The notes under the pieces are model-generated. The model was not told the origin of the DNA and made no database searches. It saw only the letters and a program-made list of their open reading frames with translations. A program made the translations under genes and the position numbers. A stretch of DNA of 64,000 bases, taken from contig OY253674.1 of the NCBI GenBank assembly GCA_958009085.1, forward strand, positions 1,178,001 through 1,242,000, given 5' to 3'. This stretch comes from Protoeuglena noctilucae. Lineage: Eukaryota. Position 1 is the first letter of the stretch. Each line of letters opens with the position of its first letter. Below, in pieces: positions 1 through 11,200 of this stretch.

Positions 1-97
1 CCGCGTTTCGGCTTCTCACCTCGTCAGCACGAGATACATACGGAAGCCAGCCAGCCATTCGCAGCCCAGCGGTCTGCAACCCATTTCGCCCCTGCAG

Positions 98-2244
98 TGC
101 TTCGTCTCTCACAACGCCAGCGGCCTGCAGGTGTCTTGCGGGGCTTCGCTGGCCCTGCGCGGGGTGGTGGCGGACGGCAACCGCGGCATCGGCCTGAGCG
201 CCGCGGGGGCGGGCACGCTGCTGGATGCTTCCGACGTGCAAGTGCGGGCGAGCCACCTGCACGGCGTGGAGGTATCGGGCAAGGCACGCGGGCTCCTCAG
301 GTGACAATGCTGATTCAGTAGTAGTAGTAGTAGTTGTTGTTGTTTGGAGTACCATAGAGTGGAAATAGGCGTGGAGTGTCAGAGAGTGGGCTGCTGTTTA
401 GGTGACCAGGGAGTGCGACAGCAGACACGCGATCGTTGTCGCACTCGCGGTCTCCACACCCTTACCCCTCCCCGCCCCTCCCCCGCAGCAACTGCACCGT
501 CTCCCGCAGCCTCGCCTCGGCCGTGGTCTGCTACGGGGGCGCCGAGCTGCGCATGTGGGACTCGATCCTGACGCAGACCAAAGGGTCCGGGGGACTCATC
601 GCGTTCATGGGAGCACGCGTGGCTTTCCATTCCGTGTGCATCGAGGACGGCGACGGATGCGCGGTGCGGGTGCGGCACGCGGGGACGCGAGTGGACCTGG
701 AGGGGTGCACGGTGTGGCGCCACCGCCACCGCGGCATCAAGGTGTCGGACGGCGGCGCCCTGTCCCTGCGCCGCTGCGACGTCCGGGACGTGCGGCTGGG
801 GCACGCGGTAATCGTCACGGGAGAGGGCACCCGCGCGGCGCTGGCGGAGTCGCGGGTGGCCGGGAGCCGGTGCTGCGGGGTGGCGGTGGAGCGGGGCGCG
901 GGGGTGACGCTCGTGGGGACCGTGGTGGAGCGGTCGGGGAGCCACGCGCTGTGGGTGTCGGGGGTGGGTACCCGGGCGGTCGTGACGGGGAGCGTGCTGA
1001 AGAGCGCGGGGGAGTGCGGGTGCCTGGCGCGCACGAGATGCGTGGTGCAGCTGGCGGGGACGCGCGTCACGGGGGCGGGGGCGTGTGGGGTGCACGTGGG
1101 CGAGAAGGGCGCCATCGTGCAGCTGCGCGAGTGTTTAATAGCCGGCAGCGCGCGGCAGGGGCTGCGTGCGTCGCAGGGGGGTCACCTAGACGTGCGGGAC
1201 ACGGTGGTGGCGCGGAGCGGGGCGGCGGGGGCGGGGGTGGCGGGGCAGCGGGCGCGGGCGCGGCTCGAGGGGTGCGCTCTGACGGACAACGCCGTGAGGG
1301 TGGTGGCGGAGGAGGGGGGACTGGCGGAGGTGGACGGGTGCCGTGTGGCTAGGAGCAAGCGGGACGGCGTGCTCTCCCGGGGACTCTCCTCCACGGTAAG
1401 TGGCGTCACTACCTCATGCTCAAACGGTGATGGTACCCTATTGATACCCTATGCCCTATTGGTACCCTATTGGTTCGCCACGGCATTGCTTGGCTATGAA
1501 CGCGACGGTCCTTGATTGTCATTGTTACTCTCGCAGGTGGCCGTGACCAACTCCGACGTGAGCGACTGCAAGAACGGAGCGGTGGCCGACCGGGGCGGCC
1601 TGCTCCGCGTCTCTAACTCGGTGCTCAGCGGCAATCGGCGTTGCGGAGGGCGAGCCAGCCACGGGGGCCGCCTGGAGCTGTCCGGGCAGTGCCGCGTGAC
1701 GGAGTCGGGCAGGGCAGGCGTGCACGCCGAGCGGGGAGGATCCGCGACGCTGCGGGAGTGCACGGGTGCGGCCGGGGTCGCAAATTAACAGCCTGCTTAT
1801 GATATGCGCCTCGCAGCGTTGGCTTGGGCGCAACGCAGCTAGCAACGAGCTAGCAACGAGTGCAACCGGCGACTCGTGCTTGCAGTGGAGCGGAGCGGCA
1901 GCTGCGGCATCAGCGCGGTGGGCCGCGGCTCCCATCTGACGGCGGAGAGCGGCTCGTTGTTGGGGAACGCGTCGACCATGTCCAAGGACGTCTACTCGAC
2001 CGTAGCCATCGCGAGGGCCGTGCGGGTCGAGGCGAACGACGTCGCTTTCCTCACGGCCATTGGCGTCCTCGAGCGCGCCGGGCAGGGCCGGTCCGCGGAA
2101 ATCCCCAGCGCCGAGGAGACAGGCGCGATGGATGAGCCGAGCGAGAAAGGCCACGACAGCGAAGATGGCCTTGCCGCTGAGGGATCGTGGACGTCATTCT
2201 CGGGCCATAAGCGTGCCTTCAGCTGCGCAGAGATCGTCGAGTGA
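98..2244 (+). CDS. Right-handed parallel beta-helix (pectin lyase-like repeat) protein, 5'-partial; exons approx. 98-300, 489-1396, 1538-1764, 1886-2244
   Basis: Recurring ~23-aa repeats (GIKVSDGGALSLRRCDV, GVAVERGAGVTLVGTVV, GVHVGEKGAIVQLRECLI); GT-AG junctions join the ORFs; TGA at 2242-2244; TGTAA at 2301. Confidence 0.75.
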
Positions 2245-2427
2245 TTTTGCATTTGCTGACTTTTCTTGCGAGCGCATGTCGGATACGTTGTTACCACCCT
2301 TGTAAACTAACAATCCCCCCTCTTCTCCCCCCGTCTTGTCCTACTTGCTGTTTCTGACTACTCGCATGTAGCTAGGGTAGTGATCGCACCTCACCATCGG
2401 GAAAACCCGGCGATTTGACGTCACTCG

Positions 2428-2545
2428 GATCAGAAGGATCGCGGGAATCACTGGATTCATCCCAGTGATCCCCGGGAATCGCCGGGATCATCCCCGTGAT
2501 CCCGGCGATTCCCGCCACTGCCGCAGTGATCCCAGCGATCCCGGG
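2428..2545. repeat. Left subterminal repeat array of the transposon (GTGATCCC/GGGATCA-like motifs)
   Basis: Multiple gatccc/gggatc/ggaatc motifs in both orientations just inside the TIR. Confidence 0.8.
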
Positions 2546-3086
2546 CCGCGGCCCTGACGCGCGTGCGCGCCCCCGCGTTTGCTCAGGGGGCTCGAGAGGA
2601 GGCGGAGAGACCGCACATTTGCTGGTTGGTGCTAATGACTGCCTCGGAGGCCCCTCTCACGTCCTAAAGCTTGCTCCAGCATGCAGACGGGGGCCGTCGA
2701 CGCATCCGGGGTCCGCTTCCCCTGCGCCGCCGCTGTTCAACGTGAGATGTCCATATCTATGCGATGAGCGGGAGCTCGCGGGCTCGCCGGGCCCCCGGGG
2801 GCGCCGGGGAGGTCCCCGTGCTCGACCAGGCCTACCGCCGCCGCGGCCGCGATCGGGCACGCAGCGCTTGGCCTATGGATTGAGGTGACCTGAATCTCGC
2901 TAGCTGCGGCGCCTTTGCCGGCTACGCCGCACGGAGGTGGCTGCTGCATGGGAGGTGAGCCGTCCCCGCCGTCATGGCGCTGCGGATGGGGGCGCGGGGC
3001 TGGCTTCGGAGAATTATCTCGATACAGATGACATCGCCGGCGTCGGGGACCTGGCACCGCGAGCATCGGGGAGCTCCTGGGGTCAC

Positions 3087-6000
3087 CTACTCCTCGCCGC
3101 CGCTGGCGTGGTGCTCCCAGACCTGCTGCACGTGGCCGCAGTGAAGAAGCTTCCCAGCAACTTTCACGGCGTGAAGCTGCCGCCGAAGGTTGCGGAGGGG
3201 CACGCACTTCAGAGCCTCGCCCTCCGCAGGCTCCAGGAGCGACAGCTGGGGAGGCTGCAGCGCTCCCAGGTTGGTGTAGAACGACAAGCACTGGTTGGAC
3301 AGGTACCTCAGGTCGCATGGGGCCCTGTGCACCGGGGCCACCAGGGCGCAGAGGAAGGTCCCGGCACCGGAGCTGGTCTTCGCCTCAACCCCGCACACGA
3401 CCCTGCCCGTCTGCAGCGTGCCCCTGTCCGGGAGGTACTCGACGAAGGACAGGGTCTCGTCGGTGGCGACGATCCTGGCCCGGTCCCCGCTGGCCGTCCC
3501 GATCTCGACCGTGGAGGTCAGCGCGACCTCGCCCAAGACGTGGCAGGGAAGCCCCGCGCCCTTGAGGGCGTTCAGGAGGTCCGCCTTAGAAACGAAGTCT
3601 TCCGCGCGTCCCTCGCTGCACAGGTCGTTCTTCTTCAGGACGGTCTTCACGCCCTTCACTTGGTCCTCGGGCTGGGACGGGACCGGCTGCTCCGCCCTCG
3701 CCCGGCTCTTGATGACGGAGGCCGCCCTCTGAGAGATGACGCTGGTGCTCGCCTGCGACAGGGCTCGGGGGTCAGTCCAGCGCGGCTCAGCATGGCACGC
3801 GGGTCGAGCGCCGTGCGACCGCATCGAGACGTGTGAGTCGCAAGAAACGCGTCCTGCGTGGGCTTCCCCGCGTCGCCTACGCTGGGCGGCGCTTCTTGCC
3901 TGTACCTGCACGTCGCCCTTGCCGTTCGTGCGCGCGTTGGCAATGGGCTTGTGCATGCGCTCGGCGTCGTTCATGCTGCCCAACATGATGGAGCCGTTCC
4001 TCGCCACCACTGCAGGGAAATGCGAAAGCGCGTGGCACTTCTGGCTGTTCTCGATCTTGCTGAAGAGGGGCTTCTCCGTGCGGACGATTTCGTGGCCACG
4101 CAGCAGCGTCTTGAGCACGACCTGCGGCGACACGGCAGCGACAAGGCTTCCAGAGTGAGTAAGGGGCAGCGAACGATGGGGCTGGTGTTGGAGAAGGCCT
4201 CACGTGGAGGACCTTATTCAGCTGCGCGTCCGCCGCCTGCGCCCCTGCGATGGTGGCGCTCTCCAGGGACCATTCGGCATAGAGCTGAAGGCATGCCAGG
4301 GCTACGGCCACGAGCCCAACCCTCTCGTCGTGCACGTCTTTGCTGCCCGTAGGCTCTGCAAGGGATGTGGTGGTGGGGAAACACTCCCGGGGTTCCCCGG
4401 CCCGCATCGCGATACCCGCAGCTCCTCCCGATGCCCTCGCAGCGCTGACTGTCGGCCTCGCCTCGAGAGAAGAGCTCGACGAGGGCGAAAGGCAGAGCTT
4501 GGATCAAGAACCTCGCCTCGTACGCCTTTATCTTCCCAAACGGGTCCACGAGGCTCAGCACGATCTGGAAGGTCTCGCCCCACGGACGGGCGTGGATCCA
4601 TGCCGGGGCCTGCGCTCCACCCACACGACGATGGACATGCCAGGTGAATACCGAGCAGCTGCGGCGCCACTGCAGGCAACGCACGCCATTGCCTGACCTG
4701 CAGCTCACCTTGGCATCCGCAATGATCGATGCGAACGCAGCCAAGAGGGCGTTTGCCTTTGTCGCAGACTCTCCCGCTGCCGCGTTGTTGTAGAGGACGG
4801 TCAGTATGCAGAAGGGAACAGTCTTGCCCAACATTCCCAGTTCCACGGTGTGCATGGGGTCAGGTGCTTGGCCCTGATACAAGTCCGACCCGAACTCGTC
4901 CCAGTACGACAGGGCAGGAACCACAGGATGAATTTTGCTCTCCCTGGCTTGTTCGTTGGCCCTGGCCGTCCCCACGTCCCTCCTCAAGCGCAGGATGTGC
5001 TGCACCTGGAGGCGATGCAGCGCGACGGTGCGAGGCGTGCGGCAGTCATCCTGGAGGCACAGCGGGCACGACCTGACGGCCAGCGTGGACGAGTTGGCCA
5101 TCATGTCGTTCAGCTGCGCCGCCAAGACGGGAAAGACGATGACTCTCCCGACGTCGGGGAGGGTCATCCACACCCCACCGGACCTCGCCACGCCAATCAG
5201 CTGCCGGTCCACGGCAGCCAGCCGCCGCTGGATGGCCTCTCTGTTGTTCAGGTCTGCCTGTGACCCCGGAGTGATCCCGGACACCTGCGGGGGCCTCGAG
5301 CGACAACTCATACACGCGGCGTGGTGGTGGACGTGTGGGCTGCAACGCCGGCAATCCTCCTCTCGCCTTCATGGACTCGACGGTGGCCACGGTTCGCGGC
5401 GTCCCTGTCCTCACGGCCTTGCAAGGCGACAGGAGGTGCATGTGGATGGGCGTCGTCGATGCGCCCTTGGTCATCTCCACCCCGTCGATGCTGTACGCGA
5501 CGGGCACGAGGAGCAGCCGGGCGTGCAGCTCGGGGCGGACTTTGCCAGCGACAGCCTCGGCTATGTCGCTATACCCCTTCGCCCGGGAGAAGGTGAGCTT
5601 CTCGTGGATGCTGAGAAGGTGAGCTTCTCGTGGATGCTGGGATGCGTCTCATGTGGTCTCGCCCGCGCCTGGCGTGACCGTTCCCGTGCCTCGCTGAAGT
5701 CTCGCATCAACTTAACGAGCGTCTTGGGCTTGATCTGCTCCGCGTGCACCAGCATGTCCCTCAGCACCGTTATCGTTTGGTAGATGATGGTTGTGCTGCC
5801 CTCCTCTTGCAAAACCTGCAGGCCGTGCGTGCACTGGTTGGCGTCAGCCCCCTCGGCCGCGTCCAAGGCCCTCGACACAAGCGGCACCGCGGCGTGACGC
5901 ACCTCGTACTGGCCATGGATGCTGTTGAGTGAGGTGTGGAACGTGCGGTGGGAGCGCCCGAGGTCGAGAAGGTCGTCGCGGATGTCGGGGCGCAGCTTCA

Positions 6001-6616
6001 CGAAGCAATCGAAATGCGCTGCCGTCAGCGATGCCATGAACTGCGCCCCTGCTTCAAGTTGGCTCAGGTACTCATCGTCACTGTCCCTGCTCCTGGCCCG
6101 CCATGCCTCCAGGTCCTCCGGCAGCTTCAGCGGTTCGTACTCCCCGGGCGCAGGAAGGTAGGAGACTCCAGGAGCGTCCTCTTGGGGCGCATCATGCGCT
6201 CCGGCGCTCTCGGGCGGTTCACCCCTCTCCGAGTCAATGTCCACGTCCATGTCCACGTCCGTGTCGGCGTAGTGGAGCCACGCGAGTCCTACATCTTCGC
6301 TCTCGCCATCACTGCCCGCAGCAACGTCCGCCGTCCCGTCTTCCTCCCGCAGGTCTTGGTCTGGTCCCGCGCTGGCGCTGTCGCGTGCCAGCCCGTCCGA
6401 GCCTCGCAGAGACGGAGAGACATAGTGTTCGTGTGGGGCGGCGGGGCGGGGTGCTTCCTGGCGGCTCTCCTCGCCATATCTCCAGCCCCACAGCGCAGGG
6501 CATCTTTGCTGATGCCGGGCGAGCTTGGCCGGGGTATCGAATTGCGTTCCACACGCGTCGCATTCGAGCATGGTGAGCTGCAGCGCAGGTTGCGATGCAG
6601 GGTTCAAGGCGGGCAT
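3087..6616 (-). pseudogene. Spliced Plavaka/CMC-type DDE transposase with N-terminal C2H2-like zinc finger, frameshifted
   Basis: CDACGTQFDTPAKLARHQQRC; PVAYSIDGVEMTKG..TTPIHM; NDMMAN..CPLC; PDPMHTVELGM (DxxHxxxLG); KCHALSHF..GS..AERMHK..RTN; a 26-bp tandem duplication at 5587-5638 breaks the frame. Confidence 0.8.
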
Positions 6617-7815
6617 GGTGAGGGCGTGGAAGCGGAGGTGAGGAAAGTCCAGCGCGCGCTCTGTGGGTCAGGCAGGCTCAGGGGTCGTCAGTCCTCCAGG
6701 CAAGCGGGGGTGGATTGCAGGGCTGCAGCGACAGCACCGCGCACAGGCGAGGCTCGGCGCTGCTGGTGCGAACAGCGCTGGATCATCGTCCCTCTCTAGG
6801 GTGAGAGTGCAGCCTGCTGCTGAGCCATCTGTGAGGTGTGCTGACGTGGCTGGGGAGGGGAGGGGCCAGCTCCCGTGAGGTGAGATGCAGCATACGCATG
6901 ACTAGATCAGGTCGGACATTGTCGCTGTCCCCGAGGTGCGCGGTTGGTCTGCTGCGCTACCGGTGGGGTCTGCGACACGGTCAGGTGTGCAAGGGGGGGT
7001 TGGTTGGCTGGGAGGGACGAAGGGCTGGTCCGCCAGCGTGGTATCTCTGTACTTGCTAACTGTACCTGGCACCGTGCCTGCACTCTCTCACCCCGAGACT
7101 GACTCTAACTTCGCCTAACAAGCACGCAGGCGCACGTGCCACCTCGTCCCAAGTTCCGGCGCTGGTCGGGTGCTGGCCGGGCCCGCCATGGCTCGTCCGC
7201 CGACCCATGCCCCTTGTCTGTCGTCTGGCGTCCGCGGCGCCCCGCAGCGGTGGTCATCGACTCCTGGGGCGGCCGTCGGCACGGCGGAGTCGCGCACGCC
7301 ACCATCTCCCGAGTGCCTGGCCCGAGTGCCGGAGCGCCGCTCCCCGATGGAGCGGCAGCGTCCGGAACAAGCGGTCGGTGCCTCTGGCGGTGGTCGCTGC
7401 GCGCTCCCGTCGCGCCTGCGGCCGCCCGAGTCCGGCTGCATGTGCGTGCATGAGTGCGTTGCCTAGAGCGTCACGGATGGTCATGTAACCTCGGCGTAGG
7501 GATTGAAATACCAATAGCTACGCTAGGGAGCGATTACGGGCCGAACGGAGCCCCCCGGGCCGCGCGGGCCCCGGAGCGCGCGTGCCCAAAAGATGCGTCC
7601 GATCGCGATCAAGATAGGTCTGATCGCGGCCGAGAAGGGAGATAGGCGGCGGGATAGCCTCGGCTAACGCTTCCGGCGCCGCTGCGCTCCCGAGTGGGCC
7701 CCGCTCCCCGCGATCCCCGACCACGACGAAATGCCGCGAAACTGCTCCCAGCGGCCTCTCGCATCCCGGGTGCGCCGTGGCCGTAACCGCGCCGCGTAAA
7801 ACGGCCTCCCCAGGG

Positions 7816-7962
7816 AGATCGGGCGCGCGGCTGGAATCACTGGGCTCAATGAGGGTTTACATTACAGTCTGTGTCGTCAGTGGGATCACTGGGATGATCC
7901 CTCTGATACCCCGGGATCAGCGGGATGATCCCCACGATTCCTGGGTATCACGGGGATGATCC
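7816..7962. repeat. Right subterminal repeat array of the transposon
   Basis: Repeated gggatcac/gggatgatcc motifs, complementary to the left array. Confidence 0.8.
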
Positions 7963-8221
7963 TACTGACGCCAGACTCGCGGTTTTCCCGATGGTCCTCT
8001 GCGGCGCCTCTTGTTACCAGACCCCGCCGCGACATTGCTTTGCCGTCAGTTCCTGGGCCGGACCCTGTGCGCCCGTGTCTTTTACTTGCTGAGCGTTGAA
8101 GCAGCCCAGTCTCGCTTTGTTCGTTGGTGGCACCCGCGATCGTATCGTCCCAAACAACATGGGGGTGCGCTTTTTGGCCGAGGCCTGGCGACGGCCGCTG
8201 TAGGGGGGACGCTGAGGGGCC

Positions 8222-11200
8222 ATGAAGAGGACGGCGTGTGTCGTGGTTGCATTGGCGGCGGTGACGGCCGCAGGCGACCTTTCGTTGCATCAGCACCCAG
8301 GACATGGCCCGGGGTACGCGCAGCGGGCTCTGCGGGGCTCGACGTGCGACGCGGCCTGCGAAGACGCGCAGCAGGCGGCGTTGGAGTCGCTTTTCCACAA
8401 CTTGGACGGGAGTCAATGGAAACGGAAGGTGATTGTTTGCCGGACGTGGCGGGGCGCTCTCTGTCCCGGGAGGTGCCGTGCCCTGGCCGGTCAGAGGTCG
8501 CTGCAGTTCGCTGGCGCCGCGGGGCGGCTTGGCGATGGCGCGCGACCACCCGATGCGGCTCTTGGACGGTGTTTGTAGAACTCGTTGCGCTTTGATTGCC
8601 TCGTCGCCAGAGCCGGCGAATGCACGCCCTCGGCCTTGCCCGCCGTAGGACGGTTGGACGGACACGAGCGGCCCGTGCACTTTGCAAGGAACAAGCGTGC
8701 CTGCACACTGCTGTTGGGAAGGGTGAGAAGCGGGCGCGATCACGGAATGAGCCGAGGCGCGCGTGCGCCACTGGCCCGACTTCGCCGTCGTTCTGCACCC
8801 TCGCCCACCTCTGCGCGCGCACGCAGCGTCTTGTGCTGCGTGGACCCGACGAGCACCTGCGTCCCTGATAATGCCGTCACCAAACTCGATTTCGCCGACG
8901 CCGGCCTCCGGGGCTCGACGGACGCACTCGCGTCGTCCCTCTCTGCGGTTCTCATGGGGACGCTCATCGTCGTCGACCTCTCCAACAACGACATCACAGG
9001 CGCGTGTTTTGCAAATCGTCATCGTGACATCGCGGGCGCCCGCTCGCCCGCGACGCAACGCTTGTGCGCGATGCCGGGCCCCATCTACGCCTTGCGACTG
9101 CTTAATGTCGAATGCGGACGCGCTCTCCCGCCCCCAGGAGCTATCGCCGCGCTCGATTCGGTATGGTCATCTGCTTCAAAGCTACAGACGGTGTCCATCG
9201 CCGACAACCATATCACCGGGGATGCGTCGACGTCGACGCTGTTCACGCTCGCCACCCTGCTTGACGCCGACGTCGGGAACAACATGCTGACCGGCACCCT
9301 CCCGACCGCGCCCGCGTCGCTGAGGTCCTTCAACGCAGCGAGCAACTCGATTGCGGGGGCCGTACCGCCCAGCCTATTCTGGTGAGGGACGGGACGGTGG
9401 CTGGGGCGTCGATGGGTGCAAAGGTCGCAGGTCGCATCCAAATACCTGGGTTGTGACGCAGTGCTGCAGTGTCGCGGCCATGCCCTGCCTCGGCTGTCCC
9501 CTGGATTGGGGCCCCCTGGATTGGGGCCCCGCTTAACCACACAAAGACGCCGGCAGTGCCTCGCCTAGCCGCCTCGCGCCCTCATCACCACCGCCCCTAT
9601 TGTCTCCCTTCGCAGCGGCGCGATGGAGATCCTCGTGGTCGACGACAATTTCCTCGACTCGCTCCCAGCCGCGCTTCCCTGCAGCGCCAGGTGAGTGGGC
9701 ACTCAGCCGCGTTGCTGGCAGGGTCACTGGCAGCGCCGGCGGCGCAGGAAAGCGCTGGGCGCAGAGGTGGCACTTGGGAGCCCCGCCTTGCCTGCATGTA
9801 CACATAGATGCTTCCTCACACGTGTGCGAGTATCACCCTCTGCTTACCCAGTGTCGAAATCCATCCATCCCCGCAAGCCCGTATGCCCGTCCCACCTCGG
9901 CGCACCCGCAGTGGCTTGCGCGTCCTTTCCATGCGGCTCAACAACTTCGCACAAGACATCCCCGATTGGATGCTCTTCCAGGTGACTGGGGAGACGGGCA
10001 GGGGTGCGGCGGCGGTGTGTGCGGTGGTGGTGGGTGCGGCGGGGGTGGGTGGCGGTGGTGCTGAGTGTTGTGGTGGTGCAAGGGAGACTGGTTGCGCTGT
10101 GCACCATGCACGCCCTACAGGAACATCGCTCCCAATCGCCCCCTCACCCCACGCCCCGTCCCGCCCTGCCCCGCAGCTCCCCGACATCGTCTCCCTCGAC
10201 CTCAGCTTCAATTCCCTGACGGGCTCCATCGTCACGTTCTCCGTGATGCCACACCTGGAGTCGGTCAATCTCATGTACAATAGCCTGGCCGGGGCGCTGC
10301 CCAAGGGGAGCGACGGGCCCTTCCTGAGCACCCTGCTGCTGGTGAGAGTTGCTGCGGTCGCGACTGCCAATGCACAATATGGTACATTAGATGAGACGCG
10401 GAGGTGAGAGAGAGAGGCAGGGGTGTGTGAGAGGGCTCGTTGTCGCAGACCAGCCCCGCAGTGCCCCCCACCACCCCCCGCAGTCCGGCCATTTGCCTAC
10501 TACAGACTGCGACTCTACTCGCTGGCTCTGACTTCGACCCCCCGTCTTCTGCCCCCGCAGTCCGGCAACCAGTTCAGTGGCACCCTGGACGGCGTCTTCG
10601 ACAACTTCGCGCAGCTGACGACGGTCAAGCTCAGCGGCAATGCGCTGACGGGGCCGCTGCCGGCGGTGTTGGGGACGATGCAGAGCCTTGGGCAGATGGA
10701 CTTTCTGGGCAACTTGATGAGGCACGAGGGGCCGCGCAACTCGCGGGGGGAGCTGCTGCCGGAGGTGAGGGGGTGTGTTCGGGACGTGCGGTGAGGGTGG
10801 AGTGCTGTTGGGAGATGTGGTGTGATGGGGGTGTGACGCGCGGTGAGGTTGGCACGCCACGGGAGTTGTAGTGCTGATGACAGTGTGGGTGGCAGTGAGG
10901 GTGGGATGGAGTGGAAGTGGAGCGCTGTGGGATGTTGGGTGCGTTGGTAGCGGTGTTGCTTTCAATAATGAGACGCGGTACATGCCCCTTTCCAACCCCG
11001 CAGTGGCTCACCTACGACAAGTATGCCGAGGAGACGTCTCTGCTGGACCAGGACGACATCCGCTGTCACTCTGTGACACTGGCAGTGAGGCTGAGGATGG
11101 GGTGTGAATGTGACTGTGTGTGGCTGTCGTTCCATTCAGTGTTACCCAGTGTGGGTGTGACTGTGTGCATGTGGCAGTCATTGCAGTCAGTGTCACGCTG

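Larger units (their letters stand above)
2393..7995 (-). mobile_element. Complete DNA transposon, Plavaka/CMC (EnSpm-Chapaev)-like, 5603 bp
   Basis: Perfect 15-bp TIR ACCATCGGGAAAACC (2393-2407) / GGTTTTCCCGATGGT (7981-7995), imperfectly extending to ~38 bp; direct repeat CCTC on both flanks (2389-2392, 7996-7999); subterminal repeats; internal transposase. Confidence 0.9.

Noticed and set aside
2937..5783. Long plus-strand ORFs inside the transposon (e.g. 2937-3836, 4935-5783)
   Set aside because: Antisense shadow frames of the GC-rich transposase with no motifs of their own.
7105..7514. Second protein gene in the transposon 5' region
   Set aside because: Only short Arg/Gly/Pro-rich frames with no domain signal; more likely promoter or UTR.
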